IMG/VR virus record: IMGVR_UViG_3300008261_000001
Coordinates: 62,001 to 126,000 of that record
Direction: 5' to 3' (one strand)
Length of the DNA stretch: 64,000 nucleotides
The translations under genes were made by a program, and so were the position numbers. The notes under the pieces are model-generated. The model was not told the origin of the DNA and searched no databases. It saw only the letters and a program-made list of their open reading frames with translations. This document shows, in pieces, positions 1-8,748 of this stretch (position 1 is the stretch's first letter; every line of letters starts with the position of its first letter).

Positions 1-112
1 AAACCGCCCTTACCCTTACCCTCCATATAGATCTACCTTATCCCTTATCCTCCATATAGACCCATATCCCTTATCCGCATATAGACCCTTACCCTTATCC
101 CATATAGACCGT
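1..112. repeat. Degenerate tandem repeat, about 4 units of CCCTTA(C/T)CC..CATATAGA
   Basis: CATATAG recurs at about 24, 53, 78 and 101, interleaved with CCCTTAC/CCCTTAT blocks; the array may continue left of the window. Confidence 0.8.
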
Positions 113-310
113 CTTACATATGAGGATTCATCTTGCTCCTTATATACGGCTGATTGGGGTGAGTGGTTTAGTTCGAAAAGGGGTTAGGATTCTGTTAAAT
201 TTTTCAAAATGGAAACTTGGAAAAGTGGTCCTAAAAATAGTTTTGGGTAAATTTTTTTGGGTTGATTTTGAAACCCCCTATTCTGCTTGAGTGTTTATAT
301 GTGGGCGTAG

Positions 311-348
311 GGTGTATTGGGCATAAGGTGTATTGGGCATAAGGTGTA
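311..348. repeat. 16-bp direct tandem repeat GGTGTATTGGGCATAA x2.4
   Basis: Exact copies at 311-326 and 327-342 plus partial GGTGTA at 343-348, just upstream of ATG 353. Confidence 0.9.
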
Positions 349-352
349 GTAT

Positions 353-784
353 ATGAGAGCAAAGACGACAAAGAACAGTGGGGGGGAGAGGGTGTGGGAG
401 GGTTGGGTATTGGATAAGTCTATATTGCTGTCGGGGGTGTTTGATTATGATTTAGCGTTGGGTTTGTATGAGGACATAGTGTGTGGTTTGGAGGAGTCTA
501 ATTTAAAGTTGAGGGGTAGTGGAGGTGGGGACAAGTACAAGATAAGGGAGTTTGTGGTGGGTAGTAGGGTTGTGAGGCAGGAGAGTTTGGAGTTATCGAT
601 GAGGATTTACTTAGTGCGGTCGAGTTTATTTGGTGGTGCTATATGTTATGACATAATGGTGGTGGGAGAGTTTGAGGATGAGGGTATGTTATCGGTATCG
701 GGTAAGAGGTTAGATTTGCCGATGGTGGAGGACTCTATATGGGTGGACATAAGGGTATGTTGGAGGAGTTTGGGAGGTGAGTAG
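353..784 (+). CDS. Hypothetical protein, 143 aa
   Basis: ORF with upstream AAGGTG; shares GERVW with the next ORF; extremely G-rich, C-poor coding strand. Confidence 0.6.
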   Translation: MRAKTTKNSGGERVWEGWVLDKSILLSGVFDYDLALGLYEDIVCGLEESNLKLRGSGGGDKYKIREFVVGSRVVRQESLELSMRIYLVRSSLFGGAICYDIMVVGEFEDEGMLSVSGKRLDLPMVEDSIWVDIRVCWRSLGGE

Positions 785-800
785 TTGGGAGGTGACTAAG

Positions 801-1139
801 ATGAACGAGGTAGGGGAGAGGGTATGGAGGGAGGAGTGGGTGTGGGTTTTTGTAAGTTCTCATTTTACGGTAGAGAAGAGGGAGTATGTATTACACCGAG
901 GGTTGAGGGAGGCTGGGTTTGAGTTATTTTCGCCTGTGGGGGGATTTATTTACGAGTTGGGTGTGTTAGTGGGTGGGGAGCCGAGGTATATAAGGGTGTG
1001 TGGTCTTGAGTCGGATGGTGGACTTGAGATAGGGATATACAATAAGTGGGATTTATTAGTTCGTGGTGAGTTAAGTGGGGGGGAGTGGGGGCTTTTATGG
1101 GAGCGTATAAGGGGGTTATGGGTGAGTAGTTTTGTATAA
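801..1139 (+). CDS. Hypothetical protein, paralog of 1164-1535
   Basis: ATG 801 follows GGAGGTG (preferred over the track start 777). It shares VLHxGLxExGF, GGFxYEL, YNKWDxL and LWERIRxLW with the next ORF. Confidence 0.75.
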   Translation: MNEVGERVWREEWVWVFVSSHFTVEKREYVLHRGLREAGFELFSPVGGFIYELGVLVGGEPRYIRVCGLESDGGLEIGIYNKWDLLVRGELSGGEWGLLWERIRGLWVSSFV

Positions 1140-1163
1140 GGGGCTTGGTAAGGAGGTTAGAGC

Positions 1164-1535
1164 ATGAGAAATGTTACGGAGAGAGACTTAGAGACTGGGA
1201 AGCGTAGGTGGAAAAGTGAAGTTTGTTATTTATTGGATGAGGGTGCGTTTATTTTAGTGTTGGATGTGTTGCACGAGGGTTTATTGGAGTCAGGTTTTAA
1301 GAAGTTAAATGTGGGTGGTTTTGAGTATGAGTTAGTGACAGCGGATGGGGAGTATTGGATAAGGTTGAGTTTGAAAGAGAATTCTTTGTTGGAGGTGAGT
1401 TTGTATAACAAGTGGGACATATTGGGTCGGGTGGAGTTGGAGAGAAAAGATTGGATAAGTTTATGGGAGCGTATAAGGGATTTGTGGGAGTGGGTATTGA
1501 GGTTTGCGGCGAATAAGTATCCGAACAATAAATGA
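1164..1535 (+). CDS. Hypothetical protein, paralog of 801-1139
   Basis: RBS AAGGAGG upstream; paralogous motifs as above. Confidence 0.8.
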   Translation: MRNVTERDLETGKRRWKSEVCYLLDEGAFILVLDVLHEGLLESGFKKLNVGGFEYELVTADGEYWIRLSLKENSLLEVSLYNKWDILGRVELERKDWISLWERIRDLWEWVLRFAANKYPNNK

Positions 1536-1542
1536 TCGGGGT

Positions 1543-2472
1543 TTAGGCTAGTTCAGCGAGGGATTTTTGGATAGAGGCGATAACGCCTTTGGTTTCGACC
1601 TTGTAGATAAGTTCGAGGGTCTCTGGGTCATTGGCGTAGAGTTCTACTGCCTTTTTAGCTCTCTTAGCCCAGTGGATATTCATATCCCATTCGACACCGC
1701 CTTCGAGGGTGACGATCTTGGATTGATCAGTACCTGTTGCTACAGCACCTGTGGCGGGGGTGGATTCGATAGCTTGTAGGGTTTGTAGGTCTTCGTTAGG
1801 GGTGGGGTTGTTCTCTTCTTCTAGGGGTGTGGCATCGTTTTGGTCTTCGATGACGGTCACTTTAAAGGAAGAGCGTGTGCCTTCTAGTTCTTCGAGTTTG
1901 GAGAGTTCGCGGTCTATAGCGGAGGCATCGGTGAGGATGGTCTTTTGCTTAGAGGCGGTCTTCAGTGCGGGTGTGATGGACTTAGAGGCTTGTGCTTCAG
2001 CCATAGCGTTTGTATTTGAGTCGGAGGCTGAGGAAGCCGAGGAGATAGAGGCTCCGCTTGAGTCTTTGACGAAGGACACTTCTTTGGTGTCTTCATCTGA
2101 GGACTCGACAACGATGGGGAACTTGGTAGTGGGGGCTTCTGCCTCTTCCTTTTTGACCGTGGTGACGGAGCGTTCTTCGTCATAGACGACTTGCACCTTA
2201 CTAGGTGTCTCTGCTTTGGGGGTGGGTTTAACCACCACTGGGGTTTCCTCGGTGTCGGTGGAGGGGGTCAGCCACCCTCTCTTAATGCCAGCCTTGAGTT
2301 CGGGCATATCGACATTCTGTCCGTTGAACTTAAGTGTAAAGCCATCGAACTCGACGATATCGCCCTCGTAGATGTTCCGCTCTAGGCGACCGAGGTGGAT
2401 TGTGTTCTTAGCCTTGAACTTTAGGAACTTGCCCTTAGAAAAAGATAACTCGCTCATGTTTATGTACTCCAT
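1543..2472 (-). CDS. Hypothetical protein with acidic/low-complexity middle and a KTAS motif
   Basis: 309-aa ORF at the end of the minus-strand virion block; folded-looking termini around an acidic linker. Confidence 0.7.
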   Translation of the reverse strand: MEYINMSELSFSKGKFLKFKAKNTIHLGRLERNIYEGDIVEFDGFTLKFNGQNVDMPELKAGIKRGWLTPSTDTEETPVVVKPTPKAETPSKVQVVYDEERSVTTVKKEEAEAPTTKFPIVVESSDEDTKEVSFVKDSSGASISSASSASDSNTNAMAEAQASKSITPALKTASKQKTILTDASAIDRELSKLEELEGTRSSFKVTVIEDQNDATPLEEENNPTPNEDLQTLQAIESTPATGAVATGTDQSKIVTLEGGVEWDMNIHWAKRAKKAVELYANDPETLELIYKVETKGVIASIQKSLAELA

Positions 2473-2510
2473 AGTGATGGGTGTGTGGGTTTTGTGTTAT
2501 TTATACCGAG

Positions 2511-3095
2511 CTATATCAGAGAACCTAACTCTGTTGTTTGAAGTGTATAGGTTGAGCCTTGTGATGGTCTAGCCCAAGTCACCGTAAGACCCTCACCTCC
2601 ACCATACTCCTGCATTCTCGCCCTAAACGAATACTGAGTCCCTGCTGTCAAAGAAATCGTCCCTGTCATTGGACCACTCATCCCATGACCCCCATAATAA
2701 GAGACAACAAAGTTCCCCCCTATAAACAAATCGCTTCCGTCGTCAGAGTTGATGGCGAAGGTATATGTGCCTGTCTCTTGAGGGATAAAAGTTCCCTCAG
2801 CCATGAGGGAGAAATAATCTCCTGAGGCGAGCGTCACGCCCGCATTGGTTAGGCTCGTGTAGTTGGAGAAGTTTATAGCAGGTGTGGCGTTCAGAGTTCC
2901 TTGCCAAGAAAGAGTTGTGTTCGTGTACGCTGTATCAAAAAGCCTATCGAACTGAGCGGTCGTGGAAGGGTAGCTGTCGTACTGAGTCGTGCTTCCATTT
3001 CCTGCGTGAGTCCTATAGACCTTAACGCTTAGAGAACCCTCAACGAGTCCAATACGAGCATCGCTCAGTACGCCATGTATTAATCTGATTATCAT
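2511..3095 (-). CDS. PA14-domain carbohydrate-binding protein, probably virion-associated
   Basis: EGTFIPQETGTYTFAINSDDGSDLFI..YSFRARMQEYGGGEGL is the PA14 pattern; N-terminal MIIRLIHG leader. Confidence 0.8.
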   Translation of the reverse strand: MIIRLIHGVLSDARIGLVEGSLSVKVYRTHAGNGSTTQYDSYPSTTAQFDRLFDTAYTNTTLSWQGTLNATPAINFSNYTSLTNAGVTLASGDYFSLMAEGTFIPQETGTYTFAINSDDGSDLFIGGNFVVSYYGGHGMSGPMTGTISLTAGTQYSFRARMQEYGGGEGLTVTWARPSQGSTYTLQTTELGSLI

Positions 3096-3830
3096 TTAGT
3101 GTCCATAAGGTGTCTTGGTGGCATCGTAGAAATCAGTAACCTCTGTACTTGATAAGGCTTTATTCCACACATGGAAAGCCCCTAGTCTAAATATAGACCC
3201 TGCACCGCTACCCATATGCGTGCTAGTTGGATACCCAAGCGTGTAGTACAACCCCACGCTACTTGTATTGTAAGGGGTCTGTCTTGCTTTCACGAGGCTT
3301 CCTGCAAGCTGTCCGTTTACATAACCCCTCAGAGTCGTGCCGTCATACACGAAGCCTACCAAATGCCAAGCGTTCAACCCCGCACTCACAGACGAACTTA
3401 CCCAATAACCACTTCCTATCGTGTATGGCCAGACAGAAAAGTGAGGGGTGCCACTTATCCACTCTATCTGAGAGTCAAACCAAGAACTATCAGGTGCGGT
3501 TGTCCCTTGCTCCGATAAAATCACACCGTTCGTTGTCGGATAAACCCAAGTCAAAACAGAAATAATCGTAGAGGTATTAGGGGGGGATAGATAGGGGTTC
3601 AGATTGGTCGTGGTGCGTACATAATTTGAAGTGCTACTATCCAAGCTCAAGTAGTTGGGCGTACCGCTGGTGTAAGGAACGCTCCCCACGAGTAATCCGT
3701 TATTTGTCCCATCAAGGTCGGTGATTGCAGTACCCGTTCCCCCATAGGAAGAAAGATTTTGAATATCCCAAGAGGTGATAAGCTCCCCTAGTTTTCTCGC
3801 TAACGCCCCATGAAGAACACGGATTATCAT
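3096..3830 (-). CDS. LamG/concanavalin A-like lectin domain protein
   Basis: WHLVGFVYDGTTLRGYVNG..VWNKALSSTEV is the LamG_3 pattern; MIIRVLHG leader. Confidence 0.85.
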   Translation of the reverse strand: MIIRVLHGALARKLGELITSWDIQNLSSYGGTGTAITDLDGTNNGLLVGSVPYTSGTPNYLSLDSSTSNYVRTTTNLNPYLSPPNTSTIISVLTWVYPTTNGVILSEQGTTAPDSSWFDSQIEWISGTPHFSVWPYTIGSGYWVSSSVSAGLNAWHLVGFVYDGTTLRGYVNGQLAGSLVKARQTPYNTSSVGLYYTLGYPTSTHMGSGAGSIFRLGAFHVWNKALSSTEVTDFYDATKTPYGH

Positions 3831-5203
3831 GAGGGGTACTTATCCTTGTCGTTGTTGTAGTTCGCTAAGACTTCCGCCCCACTCAGAGCCTTACTATAAA
3901 TCCGTACCACCCCCACATCTCCATTCAGATATTGGCTGTACTCCCCATTGTTATAGCTCCCTATGTACAAGCCATTAGCCGTATTGAGTATGCTCGTGTA
4001 GCTCATAGCCGATGAGGTGTGTTCCACCCCATTTATGTAGAGATACATAAGATTATTCGTGTTATCAATCACGCCCACCACTTGATACCAAGTGCCTGTG
4101 GTGGCTTGGTATCCACTTGTGCTTGTAGCGGCAGAGCCGTTACCCACCTCAAGTCTGATTAGTCCTGAAGCGTTGCACCTGACTCCATAAGACACATCAG
4201 CCGAAGCCCCGCCATTATCAAACTTTCCAATCACCACCGCGTTTTGGATAACGGAGAGTCTTACCCATATCTCTATTGAGAAATCCCCCCCCGCTGGCTC
4301 TAGGAGGGCACTATCCGCTATGGCAATCTGAGAGCTAGAACCGTTGAAGCTGAAATAAGTTCCATTATCCACCACATTGCTCATCGTTCCCGTGAGCGTA
4401 TTAGGGGCAAGATTAAAGATAGAGTTCCCTGCATTTGGATAAGAGTATGAGTTGGAAGGCTCATAATAAAGCACAAGGGATTCGGTGATAAGGGGGGCGA
4501 TATTTCCTGCTCTAGCCGCGTAGTTTCGATAAACCTCCGAGTCTGAGAGGGCTACACTATATATGCGGATAATGCCTATCCGCCCATCGAAGTAAGTCCC
4601 ATCACCCTGATCGGTGGTGTCCTGAGAGCCAAAGTTCATGTAGAGGTTATTGGGTGATGTGTCCTCTGGAGAGTCCCAATTCACATTAACTGACCCTGCA
4701 AGGCTTCCATCTAGATAACCCTTCAGAGTCGTGCCGTCATAGGTCAATACGACTTGGTGCCACGCATTGAAGGATATATTAGATGTCGGACCTGTAGAGG
4801 TTATGGCGGATCCGTTCCAAAGACCATACTCAACCTTGCCCGCTACTATTTCTAAAGCTGAGTGGTGATACGCGGAGTTGGGGGTTTGCTGTGCGTTGTA
4901 CTGATACACCACACCATTTGCGGTGGGGTATATCCAAACCTCAGTTGTGTGTGTTTCTGTTAAGTACGCAGCCAGATTCTGAGTGGATATATTGTCGTTT
5001 GAGAAAGTGAGATAGTTAGTGGTGAACACAGGCGAGCCTGTTATGTCTCCATGAAGAAAGTTCCCTGAAATATCAGAGATAGTCGCACCTGAGTCCTTGT
5101 TGTAGGAGTTCTCATTAAAGGTGGAGAAATACACCACCAAGTTATTAAGGATAACGGACTGCTGAATAGCGGATATTATCCCATTGAGTGCTTTGATTAT
5201 CAT
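3827..5203 (-). CDS. Tandem two-domain LamG/ConA-like protein
   Basis: Two LamG units (WHQVVLTYDG..IRIYSVALS and WYQVVGVID..LYING..VRIYSKALS); MIIKALNG leader. Confidence 0.85.
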   Translation of the reverse strand: MIIKALNGIISAIQQSVILNNLVVYFSTFNENSYNKDSGATISDISGNFLHGDITGSPVFTTNYLTFSNDNISTQNLAAYLTETHTTEVWIYPTANGVVYQYNAQQTPNSAYHHSALEIVAGKVEYGLWNGSAITSTGPTSNISFNAWHQVVLTYDGTTLKGYLDGSLAGSVNVNWDSPEDTSPNNLYMNFGSQDTTDQGDGTYFDGRIGIIRIYSVALSDSEVYRNYAARAGNIAPLITESLVLYYEPSNSYSYPNAGNSIFNLAPNTLTGTMSNVVDNGTYFSFNGSSSQIAIADSALLEPAGGDFSIEIWVRLSVIQNAVVIGKFDNGGASADVSYGVRCNASGLIRLEVGNGSAATSTSGYQATTGTWYQVVGVIDNTNNLMYLYINGVEHTSSAMSYTSILNTANGLYIGSYNNGEYSQYLNGDVGVVRIYSKALSGAEVLANYNNDKDKYPS

Positions 5204-5553
5204 AGGTTCTTATCTATGTGCTGTATGAGAAACCATTGGGGATTACCCAAAGCATTAAATCCTGCAATAACTCCTATTACCCCATAATCTCTCGTAATGG
5301 TGTCTGAGGCTGCCCCATCTATATTATAAGTCGTTGGACTATGCACGCATTGGATAATCACATTTGAAGTATGTGCTGCCCCTAGCTTGATGTAATAACA
5401 CCGACCTCTTACGGAGGCGATAGTGGGGTCGGGAAGATTAATCGTCTGTCCATTCTGAGCAATGTAAAAGAAATCAGTAGAGGTTAGCTGATAGGGGTCT
5501 GAGTTGGTTGCGGTTCTTATGGGGTGGAGATTAGAATCTACTTTGAAGGTCAT
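5200..5553 (-). CDS. Small protein paralogous to the N-terminal domain of 7530-8726
   Basis: MTFKVDSNLHPIRTATNSDPY..GQTINLP..IKLG..ITRDYG aligns with MTYLVDNNLKPTKVASTSDPY..GQTITLP..VKLG..ITSDYG. Confidence 0.75.
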   Translation of the reverse strand: MTFKVDSNLHPIRTATNSDPYQLTSTDFFYIAQNGQTINLPDPTIASVRGRCYYIKLGAAHTSNVIIQCVHSPTTYNIDGAASDTITRDYGVIGVIAGFNALGNPQWFLIQHIDKNL

Positions 5554-5566
5554 GGTTCATCGCCTC

Positions 5567-6259
5567 TCACATGGTGGGGTAGCTGAAGGCTGTCCAAGAG
5601 ACACCCGTATTAGTGACGGTCTTATTCAGTCCGCTAGAGTCTGAAGAAACGCTTCCGCTCGTGGTTGCGAGGAGCAGGAGTTTGGTGTTGGCTACAGGAG
5701 AAATAGGTGTTTTAGGGGGGGTGAACGCCCCTGTGTAAAGAGCGGTGCCTTTGACCCAATGGAAGTTGGTTAAGTATCCACCGAAAGAAGCGTCTGCTGA
5801 GAGAGACAGCTCATTTCCAATAGTGAGAGAGTTAACGGACTCTGAGAAGTTGGTGGAGTTTGCGATAGACCCTATCTGGGTGCCATTCTTGAAGGCTCTC
5901 AGAGTTCCGCTTGAGCGAGACACAGCGAAGTGAACCCATTGGTTCTTAAAAGTTCCTGGTGAAAACCCTATGGCACTACCGCCTGCCCAAAAGTAGAAGA
6001 CCCCACCCTCTAAAGATACGCCTATGTTTGCACTTGGATAAGTTCCCATAGAGAACACACGAGGGAAAGCATTTGAGTCAGTCTGATACTGCCACCACTC
6101 TATGGTGAAGTCGCCTGAACCCATACGCAAATCGGCATCGTTGGCTACGACTAAATAATCTGAAGTCGAGCCATTGAAGTTCATAGTCCCCACAAGGGCA
6201 GGGGGTGTCTCGACAGTAAGGGTGTCAGAAACGATTCCATGTAGGGCTCTGATTATCAT
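5567..6259 (-). CDS. LamG/ConA-like lectin domain protein
   Basis: GDFTIEWW..WVHFAVSRSSGTLRAFKNG..TALYTGAFTPP; MIIRALHG leader. Confidence 0.8.
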   Translation of the reverse strand: MIIRALHGIVSDTLTVETPPALVGTMNFNGSTSDYLVVANDADLRMGSGDFTIEWWQYQTDSNAFPRVFSMGTYPSANIGVSLEGGVFYFWAGGSAIGFSPGTFKNQWVHFAVSRSSGTLRAFKNGTQIGSIANSTNFSESVNSLTIGNELSLSADASFGGYLTNFHWVKGTALYTGAFTPPKTPISPVANTKLLLLATTSGSVSSDSSGLNKTVTNTGVSWTAFSYPTM

Positions 6260-6265
6260 GTGCAG

Positions 6266-7492
6266 TTATCCAATAATCATCCAATGAAGGACACAAGTCT
6301 GAACAGCACCTGTCGTGTTATTCACACCCAAATCCACTATGAAGTTAGCTCCACCATTTATTTCTCTAATCACAGGACTTCGTGTGACTAAGAATAGAGC
6401 GTCATTAGGGGCTTGTAGCGTGACTTGTATCATGCTATTCGCCCCTATAAACGCACCTACTACAGTCTGTTGGATAACGGCATTTACGCCTATACCCACA
6501 TTAAAGCTCTGCCTTCCATAAGCATTAGAGACAACCACACTACTAGATACCGAGAGGACTCCATCTTGAACATAATCTAAAAGATGAAGCTCTTTATTTA
6601 CCAAGACCGCCCCATTAGTCGCTCCCGCATTACCTGTTCCCGGTGTGAGTTCTATATCGCCTGCTGTGTGACCCGCACCCCTTCCTTCTCCGCCATTTAG
6701 ATTTACTGACCCCCCATTAGACACAGCGATGAACCCCCCAATACCACCACCAGAAATATTGACGCTCCCTGCGGTTGCATCCACATTGTCAATAACGGGG
6801 CCTGCCAGCAAGTTAATATCTCCCCCACTAAACCCTGCACCCCAAACAGGTCCAGAGTAAATATTAACATCTCCCCCATCGGCAGAGGGATTATCACCCG
6901 CAGAAATAGTGATTGCTCCCGCACTCGCTACACCCCCACCACGCCCCCCATAAATCCCTATATCTCCCCCATCACCTGTAGGACTATCTGAACCTCTTAT
7001 TTCAACAGAGCCTGCGGGTCCTACCCCAAGTCCATTTCCCGATTGTATTGTGATTGAGCCACCCTGTTCCCCCTCTACTGTGGCATCACCACCCAAGATA
7101 GAAATAGATGTACCCTGTCCAAAACCCGTGACTCCATCTCCACCTACTATTTTATATTCAGAGTCTTCTAAGCCCACACTTGCTGTGTACTTGAATAGAA
7201 GTTCTCCTGTTTCTCCATCAAAATCTTCTTGAGTAATATTTCTGAACCCCTCAAGGAAAGTTGTTGAGATAAGCCCTTGATTTGAAAAAGTCCGTATCGC
7301 CCCTTGCTCATACGAGTACTGCACTTGCTCAGAGAATATTAAGTCAACATAGCCATCCACAGGGACATATTGAGGTGGCTTTCGGTTATTAACCCTTCCG
7401 TTTTGGTCTTTTCCGTCATGGACATCGGATAAGAAAATAGACGAGTTTATAGTGTTGGAGTGGGTCACTCTCAGTAAAGTTCCATATGCCAT
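6266..7492 (-). CDS. Gly-rich repeat virion structural/fibre-like protein
   Basis: Repeated GGDxxIxxG / AGSVxIxG beta-repeat units in the middle; lies in the structural block. Confidence 0.6.
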   Translation of the reverse strand: MAYGTLLRVTHSNTINSSIFLSDVHDGKDQNGRVNNRKPPQYVPVDGYVDLIFSEQVQYSYEQGAIRTFSNQGLISTTFLEGFRNITQEDFDGETGELLFKYTASVGLEDSEYKIVGGDGVTGFGQGTSISILGGDATVEGEQGGSITIQSGNGLGVGPAGSVEIRGSDSPTGDGGDIGIYGGRGGGVASAGAITISAGDNPSADGGDVNIYSGPVWGAGFSGGDINLLAGPVIDNVDATAGSVNISGGGIGGFIAVSNGGSVNLNGGEGRGAGHTAGDIELTPGTGNAGATNGAVLVNKELHLLDYVQDGVLSVSSSVVVSNAYGRQSFNVGIGVNAVIQQTVVGAFIGANSMIQVTLQAPNDALFLVTRSPVIREINGGANFIVDLGVNNTTGAVQTCVLHWMIIG

Positions 7493-7529
7493 GACGGTCT
7501 CTCTTTAGTGGTAGGGGGAGGGGCTAGGA

Positions 7530-8726
7530 TTAAGAAGCGGACAAGTCACCAAACAAGTACCAAGTGGTCGAAGTCCTCTTCACGAGCGTAGCCGCCCCAT
7601 ACTGACTAGAAATATATCTATTGCTAGACACCGAATAGAGGGTGTCGGAAGTAATAGCGATATTCACCTTGCCAGAGCCTAAACGAGCCACCACAATCTG
7701 TGTCCCTACAGGGAAGGCAACAGATGAGTTGGCAGGAATAGTGAGGGTGAGGTTAGAAGAGGAGTTGAACTCCACGAGCTTCCCTGCATCGGATAAAACA
7801 AGGGTGTAGCTTGAAGTCTGAGTAGAAATACCCAAAGCGGCTTTCTGTACGAACTCAGTTGTGGCTACCGTAGTGGAGTTATCCGTAAGAGTAGCGGTCG
7901 TACTCGTGATGCTTCCAAAAACCGCAGACCCTGCTGAACCCGAAAAGACTTCAGAGGAGTTGGTGGCATCAGGAATAAATGTGAAAGCAGACGCGGAGTC
8001 GTCATAGCCAAAGAAGCCCACTTTAGCAGCAGACCCATTGTGCCACCTAAACTCAATGCCCCTGTCCTTATTATCGTCAGATGAAGGGGCTGTGTCTCCA
8101 CCGAGAGTAAAGATAGGGTCATCTACGGTCGTGGTAGTGGAGTTGACGGTCGTGGTTGTTCCGTTTACGGTCACATTTCCTGTGACGACAAGATTTCCAC
8201 CTACGCTCAGACTATGTGTGGGGATTTCCCAAGTGTCATTGTCTTCATCCCACAAGAGTTTTGCGTTGGTGGCTTGAGTTCCGCGTTCCACTTCAAGCAC
8301 CACAGCGTCTGCTTCTTGAGAGGCACCTGTCCTATCCGCATTGATTAAAATACTTGGGTCTGTTGTGGTTGTCCTCTTGTTGACTCTGAGAGGTTTGTCG
8401 TTGGATAGAGTGATGCTCTCTTTAACGACTAACCACTTGCCCGTAGAAGCGATTAGCTCTACGAAGCCATAATCAGAAGTAATCTTGTAGCTTGTTCCAC
8501 CCTCTATCGTGTCGGTGCCTGACCTAGAAATAGTTACATCGGAGGTGCGAGCCTCACCTAGCTTGACTAAGAAAGACCTACCCACCATACTAGCGGTGAT
8601 TTCAGGAAGGGTGATAGTCTGCCCGCTGAGAGCCAAGTACTGCCCATCAGATAACCCTATGGTGTAAGGGTCACTTGTTGAGGCGACTTTTGTAGGCTTA
8701 AGGTTATTATCTACTAAGTATGTCAT
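7530..8726 (-). CDS. Tail fibre-like protein
   Basis: VTVNGTTTTVNSTTTTVDDPIFTLGG..DRGIEFRW module and a C-terminal TSSYTLVLSDAGK..FPVGTQI..WYLFGDL domain typical of phage fibre proteins. Confidence 0.7.
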   Translation of the reverse strand: MTYLVDNNLKPTKVASTSDPYTIGLSDGQYLALSGQTITLPEITASMVGRSFLVKLGEARTSDVTISRSGTDTIEGGTSYKITSDYGFVELIASTGKWLVVKESITLSNDKPLRVNKRTTTTDPSILINADRTGASQEADAVVLEVERGTQATNAKLLWDEDNDTWEIPTHSLSVGGNLVVTGNVTVNGTTTTVNSTTTTVDDPIFTLGGDTAPSSDDNKDRGIEFRWHNGSAAKVGFFGYDDSASAFTFIPDATNSSEVFSGSAGSAVFGSITSTTATLTDNSTTVATTEFVQKAALGISTQTSSYTLVLSDAGKLVEFNSSSNLTLTIPANSSVAFPVGTQIVVARLGSGKVNIAITSDTLYSVSSNRYISSQYGAATLVKRTSTTWYLFGDLSAS

Positions 8727-8748
8727 GGTCTAGCTTCCTTCTTTAGAC

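Noticed and set aside
1-348. CRISPR array or telomere
   Set aside because: No constant repeat with unique spacers; the unit CCCTTA differs from telomeric CCCTAA and is interrupted.
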